A DNA stretch of 61,191 bases, counting the filler, from Sphacelaria rigidula (taxonomy: Eukaryota), in NCBI GenBank assembly GCA_964200075.2. It is 6 parts of 6 records of this genome, joined end to end, with 100 filler letters (N's around TTAATTAATTAA, not from the genome) between each part and the next. Parts side by side here need not be neighbours in the genome. Positions count along the whole stretch, not along the records: positions 1 to 10,117 come from CAXNAA020007103.1; positions 10,218 to 20,333 come from CAXNAA020007104.1; 4 more parts are not named here. One strand, 5' to 3'. Position 1 is the first letter of the stretch. Every line of letters starts with the position of its first letter. The notes beneath the pieces were generated by a model. It did no database searches. It saw only the letters and a list, made by a program, of their open reading frames with translations, and was not told the DNA's origin. The translations under genes and the position numbers were made by a program. Below, in pieces: positions 1 to 10,315 of the stretch.

Positions 1-81
1 AACACCGCGCCTCTCTCCCTCGCCCCCGCCCACGCCCGGCCCCGGCCCCTCCCCCCCCGCCTCCCTCCCCCGCCTCCCCCC

Positions 82-1504
82 CCGGAGAGATGACGTCGCC
101 CGCGGCGTTGATGGTCGTCACCAACGTCGTGTTTTCTCGCGAATTGGAACGCATCGTGGAGACGACCTTCTGTCCACACTCCGCGATCAACTTCAGCGTC
201 TTCGTGCCTTGAGGCGTGGTACCTGTAAACCCGAAAAGCGTAAGCGCGGGGAGTGAAAAAGAGCATCGCGGGTGAAATTGCTTACACAGAGGAGAGGCAC
301 ACAGCACTTTCTTGCGAACAACACGAGGTGAACCTAAAATGGCATGGCCTACCATCAAGCTGTACTCTTGTGTAGTCTAGCTGGTCCCGGTACATTTCAA
401 TTTGAAGGGGAGAAGCGGGGGGGCGTAGGCTGGCTCGGTTTGGACCGTCGCTACAGATATGAAGGTGAACGACAGCATTGCCACTCTCCGCCAAGTACCA
501 TCCAGTCAGGACTACAAAAGATGACGACGCTCACACAGAGTAGGGTTCACGAAACACAGGTAACAGCAGGAATAGCAGCACCGGCCTCGCACACAGACAT
601 GGCGCAGATGGACTTGAACATGAGCATCAAATCCATCGCCGACACATCCTCAGTAGAAGTAAACGGCGACTAAGCTACAACGAGTGGACGGGTAGTCTAG
701 ACTAGAGTTGCAGGAACAACGTCAGAGTACAACGGCTGCGGCACGCACAGCATAGCCGGGGGGCCGCAGCACCTGCCCAAGCAACATTATTTTTTGGCGA
801 AAAATTCGGAACTCTGCCAACTGGTTGCAGGGGGTACCGTTCTTTTAAATGAAAAACTGCTGTCAAAACAAGCGAGTGCAGCTACTGCCGGCCTTTCCCT
901 TGTCTAGATCGAGTCTAGTGTGGACCTTACCTGTCTCACCCGTGTTCCACAGGTGGTCCGCTTGGATATCGTGCTCTTTGGTGAAGTCCTCCCATGACTT
1001 GTAAAAAGATCGAAGGCGTTCGTTGTCGTTAGCCACAACTCTGTTCGCCTCGTAAATACGGCTGGACGGAGCGCTCCGACAGCTGCGGGTGCCTCTGGAG
1101 GAAGCCCCTGACCAACTTTGGCCCCTGGCCTTCGTTTGCCTTCCAAAGGATGTTGCGCCCGTCGTTGCACAGCTGTCTAACGGCTTCAACCGAGTCCGAC
1201 CGAGTCAACTCAAGCTGATGTGGTGATTACAGAACAGCAGTGACGCGGCTGAGCAACCCCAAGTGGTTGTGCGCAGCATACAGCAGTGTGTCCACGATCG
1301 AATCCTCCTCTTCCTGGCTCAAAACTGTCGCAGTACCGACCTTAGCATACATCGCACAATCACCCTTCAGGCGGCGCAGCATCGACTTCCTGCTGATGCC
1401 AAAGGCTTTCTGGGCCCCCAGAACTGTCATCTGCTTGCTGCGGACAGCCTCACAGGCCTGTTTGGCAACGCTGGGGTCCACCTTTTGTCGCACGTTTCGC
1501 GCCA
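82..1504 (-). pseudogene. Decayed pogo/Tc5-family (CENP-B-like HTH + DDE_1) transposase with a 708-bp GT-AG intron (223-930); runs off the window start
   Basis: Psq/CENP-B-type HTH (ACEAVRSKQMTVLGAQKAFGISRKSMLRRL...TVLSQEEEDSIV) and Tc5 HTH remnant (GFLQRHPQLSER). These are followed by WNTGETG|gtaagg...gtttacag|TTPQGTKTLKLIAECGQKVVSTMRSNSRENTTLVTTINAAGDVISP, matching N.DETG...RE..T....NA.G...P. Frameshifts/insertions near 1070 and 1230; the first catalytic D reads G. Confidence 0.8.
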
Positions 1505-1716
1505 TCCTTAGCAGCGAGATCGACAAAATCTCGAAATGGCGCGAAACCCCAGACGATGCGGTTGCCGGTGCTGTAACTCGCGAGTGGCACTGCCGACAGA
1601 CGCGCTGAAGAGTGCAAACGAAAGCTACAGGTCTCGCCGCAAATTGCAGAACAAAATTGAGGTGTTCCGTGTACGTTGGCGTCATTTTGTAACCGTTTAA
1701 TATATGGTGTGCTTAA

Positions 1717-1832
1717 CCCTTTTGGAACCCACTGACGATTCTTGTCCTTGTAGATCGGCATCATTTTGACTTGAAAATGACTGAAAATAATGCTGAATTA
1801 CAAAAACAAATCGTCAATGGGTTCCAAAAGGG
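1717..1832. mobile_element. piggyBac-like MITE (116 bp)
   Basis: TTAA|CCCTTTTGGAACCCACTGACGATT ... AATCGTCAATGGGTTCCAAAAGGG|TTCA: 24-bp TIR with one mismatch, CCC termini, TTAA-like TSD. Confidence 0.75.
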
Positions 1833-4800
1833 TTCATATGGCAGTGTGCCTATTAGGACACTTTACTCTAAATGTACTGCGCGTGCTCGTTCGTAACCGT
1901 ACATAGTACGGTACAGGACAGCAGAGGACATCTAATTTTGAAGCAGCTGTCTTGTCTGAGCGGACGAAAGCTACACAGATCGCCTGAGACACATTAAGCA
2001 ATTGATACGTAGGCGCCGTACAACTACTGTAGCACCCATTACAGTATGATACGGTACAGCGCAGCACAGTGCAGTTCCCAGCCGCCAGGATGATGTAGTG
2101 TCTTCGTCGCAGTACACTCCCATGCAGCAACGCACCATTCATCACATTAGGTACCAAAATACAGAGCGGAGATAAAGTAGTCGGTGCTGTACACCCCCTC
2201 CAGGTCCGCCTCCACCGTGTCCGACATTATTCATCCTTCCAGGGCGGGAGCAGTACCCTGGTTCTCTGATCTCACGGCGCGTATCTTTCATGCACGGAGT
2301 AAAGATCTTTCTCTTCTCCTTTTTGCTGCTGGTCCGTGCGTCATAAAGCGGCACTGTACACACGGGGCAAGGAAGGGGATCCTGACGTGGCCCCGAAGCG
2401 GTAGCTCATGCTATCGTGGAACGATTATTGGGTTGATATCTACGGGTACAAGACGCACGACGTTTATATTTCAGCATCATGACGAACCTTTGCCGGTTCC
2501 CCGCCGTGCACAAGCAACTTGGTTGGGATCGCTTCGAAATCATGACGGGAACCTCCGCAAACATGAATGAAAACATTTCTTGGGAAATTATCGAACATGC
2601 TCTCCGGCGTCATGTGCGTCCTCGCTCATCGTCAATGAAGGATCTTCAGAAAATAATCAATTCTGCGTGTAGGAATCCCATGTTACATGCTCTGCATCAA
2701 GCCATGTAGATAAGATATGCGTGCCATAACTGGATGAGAACGAGACCGCTCGTCACAACTGGGTGTGCCGTGTTGCAGGTCGCAAGACGTGAAGGAGCGA
2801 ATACAGGCAGAGGTGGCGCTAAAGCATTTTGGGAGCGGTGCTCTTGCAATTCACCTGTCTCTCGCAAAAGCCAGCGTCGAGGTAATCAGTCAATGCGGTG
2901 TACTGTATCACAGTAACCACTTACTTCTCGACAATAGGGGTCCATCGTAATATCAAGATGTCGAACTTTGACGGTCAGAGTTCGCGTTTTCGCTTGGTTT
3001 GATGACATACTCTGTGCCGAGATGTTGGCGACATCCACGTAGTTGGGGTGCGTACAAGCGAAAACTGTTCACAGAACGTTTCACGGTGACAAGTAGTTGC
3101 TGCTGTGGTCGTTGTCTCGAGCTTCCAGGTATAAATTCGGACTTGGATACTATTCCGTCGTATGTGATTGTAGCCAAACATGGGGGGAAGGTGGAGTGTG
3201 ATGTGGCACAAACCATTCACAAAGTGATGGTCATCTCCCTCGACGACACCACCGGGGATGTTTGATGAGGAGAGTTCAACGTTTGTGGACGAGTAGGTTT
3301 CAGATGCGCCCTTGATGTACGTCATAGTATTGCAACTCCTTGACTGCGACACGTGATGTTTCATCCCTGTGCACGTTGTCGAGATCCTTGCTGTTGCTTT
3401 AGATAGATGACCATATTTTGGCGGTAGTATGGCGTTCATGCGGCTGAATGGGTTCAAAACCTGCCGACGTAGCAAGGTAGGGTCACATGTACACCAGTCA
3501 CTGCGCGTTGTCAGCGGAGTTCTTCCTCCAAGCACGACCATTTGTGGTGCTAGATGTTGTGAACTACGTGGCTTTGCCTGCATCAAAACACGCGGTGCTG
3601 TGTCCAGCTGTGTAACGGACAGTAACGACGGTTCAGCTCGTCTACCTACACAGTAACGAACGTATCGAGCAGTATTGGCCAACGGATCCCAGCTTTTGCC
3701 TCGATGACAAGAGCTCGCAGAGGATGTTTACACAGCACCTGTTAAGTTACTTGCGCCGTGCGTCAAAAGAAACAAGTCGGTAGTTTTCACAGGCGCTAAT
3801 TCGGTCAACACATCATAACGCACTGAGTATCTTCTGAACACAAAGCGCTGATAAAAAGCTGATGGGAGGTCGTTGGAGAGTGGTGGTCGTAGGCGAGAGC
3901 CCAAGTTGTAGTTCTCTCAACAGACTCTTCGTACTAAACAATTGTACACCCAAGCAAGCCATGTTATATATACCTGGTGTTAGACTTTACGTACTCAAGT
4001 CTTGATCGGTCGACGCTTGCAGTCTTGACCCATTGGTCTTGGCCTGTTTGCCTTGCCCTACGACTCTTCCCTCCGTACGATTGATCCGATTCTTGGTCTC
4101 TGCTGCTTCCTTGCTTCTGCTATTACGTAACTACTAACTTGAAACGTAACAAGTTGTACCGTTAATTTGCCATGTCTATCATTTGAATATTCCGACGCGA
4201 GAGATAGCTACATATCGGGTGTGCGCCTATCTTTGATGCCAGGTGATACAGAGAAATTTGTCGTCAGACGCGGACTCCACGGTGGGGAACGGGTTGCTGA
4301 GACCAATCCACGACAGGCAGCTGAGAGAAGCTGCTGAAGGATTGGCCGTATGCGCCATGCACAAAGTGAGTAGTCTGCGTCATACCCCCGCTGTGAGGGA
4401 GGTATGAAAGTAAGGGAGAAGTGGCGCCAGCTCTATTTCGAATGCGCGTAGAAACTGAACAACGTGCATCCGAAGATAAAACGAAAGCAAATCTCGCATG
4501 AGCTTTAAACTCTCCATCTTATTTACACCCCCCATGTGTCCGCTCCCGGGGGCGGATTCTATACAAGGGTCAGACGCCGCTCATTACATCGATTCAAACG
4601 CCTTTTTTACTCCAAGGGAAGTCTTTCGTTACAGCCGGACAAGCTAGAGCAAGTTTGAGAATCTTGCAGATGCACGTTGGATCGCGATGGGACGTCTGGC
4701 CAGGTTATCCTCAAACCCGTTAAGGAGCAAGTCCCCCTCTGCTCGGTAAAGTGCGGTGGGCTCGCGCGACTTTATAACGATATGCGTTTCTTTCCTTAAA

Positions 4801-6802
4801 CGTGCACCAATGACAGACATCGGCAGCTACAATTTTATCCGAGGGAGGGCTGGACTTGCTGTTGAACATGTTGCTTGTGCGAGACTTTAAAGTGCAGTAC
4901 TCCTGCGTCCGAGGCCTGCTCCATTTGATTCGACACAGCGGACAGGTGCGAGCGATGGTTTCTGTCGTCTGGAACTGTTGGAAAACATCGAATTTTGTAG
5001 ATTACATATTCGTTTACTCACGATGACCGTCCGGTGTAGATTATACTTCGGCAATACGGTACAATATTGTATGTTGGAGTTCAAAGAGTGTAGCCCACCT
5101 CGAACACCTTTATTTAGTACACGAAGCGTGGGTAGCAAAGAGTGTCTTCCGAACGAAAATCGACGCGGTACGGAAATGTTGATTCCATTCGCGATACCAA
5201 AATGAGAAGCATGCGCCGGGGGGAGAGATTATTGTGTTCCTTGACACCACAGGTTCGTTCGGAGGCGGGTGGGGGATTGGCTGTGTGACGAACCAGAAGT
5301 GCCTTCTTGCTGTAATCACTTCAAACTTCGAACTGATGCGTCCTCATGGTTCATTTTCCCATGGTGTGCTTCCCCCCTACTGTATTACATAAAATAGGTC
5401 CAGGCGACAAGGGTAGCTTTTGTTTATTCAAGGCTTCCGAATGAATATAATTATGTTCTGTTCAAAAATACATGCACTACACCCGGCCTTTGCCATGCTA
5501 AGGAAATCTGGAGTGCTCGATCTTACACAACTCATTACGATGTTTGCTTTGTGCGTGTCAAATACATGGGGGCAGCACTTTTCCGAGACCATGGGGGAGA
5601 ACGATCGGAAAGCGGTCATGATACATCTCGCCTGTCTCGTGCGTCCCGTGAGGCAACGCGCTGTGCGTCTATTACAAACACGTCTGAAGGCATGGAGGAG
5701 TTTTCACCCGAGGTAGACGAGATTACGATGAGCTTTATGATGATGAGTATCGTGCATTAAATTTTTACCTTTGCATTCGCCGTTTTTTTCATGCACGCCG
5801 TGCGATTTGTCAAACAAGCGCTTGAACGGATAGAGAAGCATCCACTGTTCATAGGGTAGACATACCGTCGTTCGCCAAAATTTCGGCTTCTGGCGTTACC
5901 ACTTTAGGAGGCAAGAGAAGAGGTTAGAGTCACGAGCTACGCATTGTCCAATGCTGGACTACATCCCCGAAAACGACAATGCCGGCTTGACGTTCCTTCT
6001 CCTCGTCAAACGTCCGTGCGACCATCACGTCGGTACACACAAAAAACCACACTGATTTACTACATTTCTCAACCCACCCAATGTCATGTACACACCCAGC
6101 TACGGTCAAACACGCATACAACAGGTTGACGAAAGATATTTAGGTTAACCGTCAACTGTATCACACTTAACCATACAAGCGTGGCTGCATGTTTACCGGG
6201 GATTTTGCCGGTCGTTGACTCTGTGATATTGATGAGTGTTACTCTCCATATGTTGATTCATCCACCCGCTGTTTTTCGATCCAACTCTGATCATGTACGT
6301 ATCACAGGAACGGAGGTCAGCCCCTCCAAGATGGAGACCAGCTCATGTTGCAGCGCAAACAGCGACGAGAGCAGCGTAACGCAGGCAATGAGAAGGCGCC
6401 GGTGAGAGCACCACCAGAACGTCCGCCGCCGAGGGGAAGGCCATCGAGCAGCCAGTTGCCAACCTTTCATGGTGTTCATGAGGGGGGTAGCAGCATCTCT
6501 GTTTCAGCCGTTGGTGACAGCCGCGACCCCGTTGAGAGAGCTACGAATGAGATGCAAGAGGGGAATGCCGCCGGGGGGAAGTGCGCTTGGCCTGGCAAGA
6601 GGCGTGGGAATGTAGCGCTGATCCTGGGAGGTGGGGCATTAAAAGAACTACGTGTGTACTGATTGACATGCATACCATCGTTGTTCAGATGTTTATCAAG
6701 CATCCTGACCAGGCCAGGACGGAACGTGTCAGGCTTGCACCGTGCCCAGCTGCGTTTCCGAAGAATGAAAACCATGATAGCGGCTGTCAGTATTTATGCT
6801 TT

Positions 6803-7050
6803 GACACTTTCTACGATAGCCCCTCCCCAAAAACCAGCTAAAAGTGTCACGAAAAAAATGGCCAAACAGCGCCTGATGTTCGGGCTCAGGCTGCATGAAG
6901 CGCCTCATATTGGCGACACTGGCTAAAACGAACTCAAGCGTGGGAATTCCCAGCTTCTCGTTGTGCTCGGCTTCTCCCATTTCGATTTACGTGAACTTTG
7001 CCACCCAAAACCATGCAATTTTTTGGGGGGGGGCTATCGTAGAAAGTGTC
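6803..7050. mobile_element. ~250-bp TIR MITE (family also at 52659-52970 and 53936-54168)
   Basis: GACACTTTCTACGATAGCCCC...GGGGCTATCGTAGAAAGTGTC inverted ends, flanked by CTTT on both sides; internal similarity to two copies in contig 6. Confidence 0.75.
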
Positions 7051-8854
7051 CTTTGTACTCCCACTTACCATGAGTTCACCAAGCACCTCGGGAAATAGAT
7101 GTGGGAACATGATAAGGATAGTTTCTGTGTGTTTTCACCGCGGAAACTGTTGATTTAGTGCCCCCACAGGACTCGTGACGGCCCAGGTTGCAGAAGGATT
7201 TCCCGTTTCTCCGCAGAGAATACGGTCGCTCTTGTCGTCCCCGCCAACGTTCATGATGCCACCCTGATGTACCACTGTACTGGATAGGATTCAATCGCTC
7301 AAGCTACACGGAGAAATCTAGTCGAATGCCATGTGCTGTGTGACGAGACATCCTATAGAGCTGTCCCTTTGACATACGTACCGCCCCGTGATCATTGCAT
7401 CATTCAGGCAACATGATGGAGCTTGCACGGCTAGCAGCGCAATGCCTGGAGCTGCTTGCGAATCAGTCGGTCACCGCCGTTGAGGTCATGCTATCGTGAG
7501 TATGCACCACAGACCGCAGTTTACCGCGGTCGATGTCTTTCCTACAGGGGCGACGTCTGTCTTGAAGATCTCGCTCATCATCTCATTGGCAATCGATGTT
7601 GCTGTACGATTTATTCTCGTGAATTATCACATCCGATTGCACCATCTGTTCTCGGGAGAATGTCGTGGTATCGGGAGAGTTTGGCAAGTCATCACGTCCC
7701 TTCGGAACCGCGGGCTATCTTCCCCCGAGGCTTGTATTTCATAAACAAATCCATTATCTTCCGGAAAAAGCTTTCATTGTGCGAAGTACTTGATTTTGAG
7801 GCATGAGTGCGGACTTCAAGCTTAATGTCACTCAGTGGTTTCATGTGAAATGTCTGCAGCGAGCACCCCTCTCTCACGCCGCGGTTGGGGCGAAGGATTA
7901 ACCTCCGCTTGCGTCTTTTACCTAAATACCAATTTTTGTTTTGTTTTGTTTTGTTTTGATCATGCTCCCCCCAAGTACTGAATTGCATTGTGTTCCACCA
8001 AACTTGCGCCAAAGCTTCGCTGGGACAAACAGCTGCCGCCGCGAACACCATGTTTTCCATGAAAGCGAAACAAAACGGATTGCGCTACGTGGAACTCCCA
8101 AGAAAAAGCCGCGGGTAAAGTAATATCTGCAGCGTGATAATATGTACCTCTGCTGCTGCTTTTTCAGCATATCTGCACGAGTCTTGTCAAGGAAAGTTTA
8201 CGAAGCGACAGCATACACTTGGCAACATCCGATTGAGTCCATCGCAAATCCGTCCACAGCATCGGCGTACCATATGGCACCACTGCTCGGTACTTGACGA
8301 CTGCGCTCACTGAGCTGTGTCTAACCACCGTGAATCTTGTGTCCACTAGTCTTCATTCCGATAACAACATGAATTTGTTCGCTCTACGGTGCCCATGTCG
8401 ATTGTACTCTCAAGAAAGCTCTCTCATTTCGATCTGGTGAGCTCACCCGAGTGCTGATGTCGTCCGCGCTGCGGGTATTATGCACATTTTCCAGCCATGA
8501 TGTCATTGAAAGCTTGACGGCACAACTACACAGCCACACCATGTACACCGCTCAAACCGAAGACGGTGCCGAATCGATGGTCGATAACTGCGGCGACCCG
8601 AGAGCGATGGCCGACGGCAGCGGGTGAGGCCTACCGTACATATCTTGCGCTTTCCTTTAGTACTCAAGTTTCTTCACAGACGGGTGTTTGACCTGATATG
8701 TTTCTTCACATCCTCAAGTACTGCGAACATGAAGATGGCTGTAATGAGTGGAAGGTCCGCGTACTTTTCGAACCGCATCGGAATTCGAACACTGCCATGG
8801 TTGACGTTTTTCGAGACCACTCCGACCAGTCCCTGCAGGGACCGCGCTCCTGAC

Positions 8855-8918
8855 CCCAACCCTAACACTAACACTAACACTAACCCTAACGCTAACCCTA
8901 ACGCTAACCCTAACCCTA
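8855..8918. repeat. Degenerate telomere-like (CCCTAA)n interstitial array
   Basis: About ten CCCTAA/CACTAA/CGCTAA hexamers. Confidence 0.8.
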
Positions 8919-10051
8919 GCACTATAGGGGGTGTTCAATTTCCGATCCAGTCCAAACAGCGTGCGATTTCCCCACGCATTACGATGAATTCCACTCGGCA
9001 TCTTCCAAGCATATGTTGGAAATGCAACAAGTGGGATGTATGCCATCATCCAGAAAGGGTCCGACAACTTCTAGGCTCAGCCGGTGATATCAATTGCGGC
9101 ACCCGAGTGCTTGAACCACGACACGGTTGAATCAGGGACTTTCATGTGACTTCCCGCCACACTGCGTTCCCCATGTCTTCGCATGCATCATTTTCCGTCT
9201 CACGGACACGCCGTCGATACGATACGATACGATGATTCGGCACAAAATACTGGCCCGAACAAATTCAGCCCCGGACAAATACATGCTGAAGGCACAATTA
9301 AACGAAGCATGAGACGGCTTCAGCTCCAGTGCATCGCGTCGCTCTCCAGCCTGACCCTCAACGCCACCGGACCTGGCCTTTTACCTGCAAGCCGGCGTGC
9401 CGTTGTGCGAGGCCTACTGTTTCTGGCGGTTTTTCATTGGGCAGATTCCGTCCGTGGAGAAGCTAACCTGGTTTTGAGAAGGTGACGCCAAAACCTCTTC
9501 CGATTGCTATGGAGGGTGCTGTTATGCAGGGTGTTGTGTACCTTTCTCACGCCCTTCGTGTCTGTTGGCCACCGTACGCTAGCACCACTCTCGGGCTAGG
9601 AGTATCCCTTAATCGAGGCAAAAATGCACTTTTGCACATACCCTTTGGGCGAACAGAAAAGGGAAGCTCCCGAGAACACTTTCAGGGGGGTCGCGAGGCA
9701 CGAGGTCGTTCATGTGAAAGACATTTGTCATGACTGTAGGTCAGGGAAAACACTATCATCGGGTAGAAAAACATTTCAATGTTCAACCTCAATTTGGAAG
9801 ACAAGTAAGTTCTTGTCCTTTTTTCGTCATTATTCTTTGAATTTACTTATCCGTGCGGTCATGATGTTGCTGCATGGGTCCCAATGGTTGGGAATAGGAA
9901 ATACATTTTGTGTTGTCATCGGCGGTCAAAATATTTGATTATTCTGTGAACCCCCAGTGAGACGATTTTCTGTTTATCAGTCAAGGGTCTTTAAAAAATA
10001 TGTTTCGGGACCCGTAGGCCCCAAAATCGAACATTCGAGTTTTTGAGAGGA

Positions 10052-10117
10052 GGGGTGTACTCATGATCATGCTTGCCATAGTCATCAGACCATTGACCTC
10101 GCATCCCTACAAAGCCG
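10052..10117 (+). repeat. 5' part of an interspersed SINE-like repeat (GGGGTGTACTCATGATC family), cut by the contig end
   Basis: Same start at 32291, 39590 and 39949; continuation at 41110-41407 (-) and 51079-51364. Confidence 0.7.
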
Positions 10118-10217
10118 NNNNNNNNNNNNNNNNNNNNNNNNNNNNNNNNNNNNNNNNNNNNTTAATTAATTAANNNNNNNNNNNNNNNNNNNNNNNNNNN
10201 NNNNNNNNNNNNNNNNN
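10118..10217. other. Artificial contig spacer (N44-TTAATTAATTAA-N44); same at 20334-20433, 30550-30649, 40765-40864, 50979-51078
   Basis: Identical 100-bp spacers with a six-frame stop linker; contig lengths never increase along the window. Confidence 0.97.
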
Positions 10218-10302
<85 letters not shown>

Positions 10303-10315
10303 GCTGTTGCTGTTG
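10218..10315. repeat. (TGT)n microsatellite
   Basis: Direct reading. Similar arrays: (ATA)n 30650-30698, (TGT)n 51556-51600, (TA)n 18772-18801. Confidence 0.95.

Noticed and set aside
6581..6841. ADPG motif suggesting a Fanzor/TnpB RuvC-I near a transposase
   Set aside because: No hydrophobic strand before the D, and no RuvC-II E..TS..C, zinc finger or NRD.N motif downstream.
10052..10117. HDV-like or hammerhead ribozyme in the SINE-like family
   Set aside because: A P1-like pairing exists but no P3/P1.1/J4-2; the minus-strand CTGATGA has no following GAAA.
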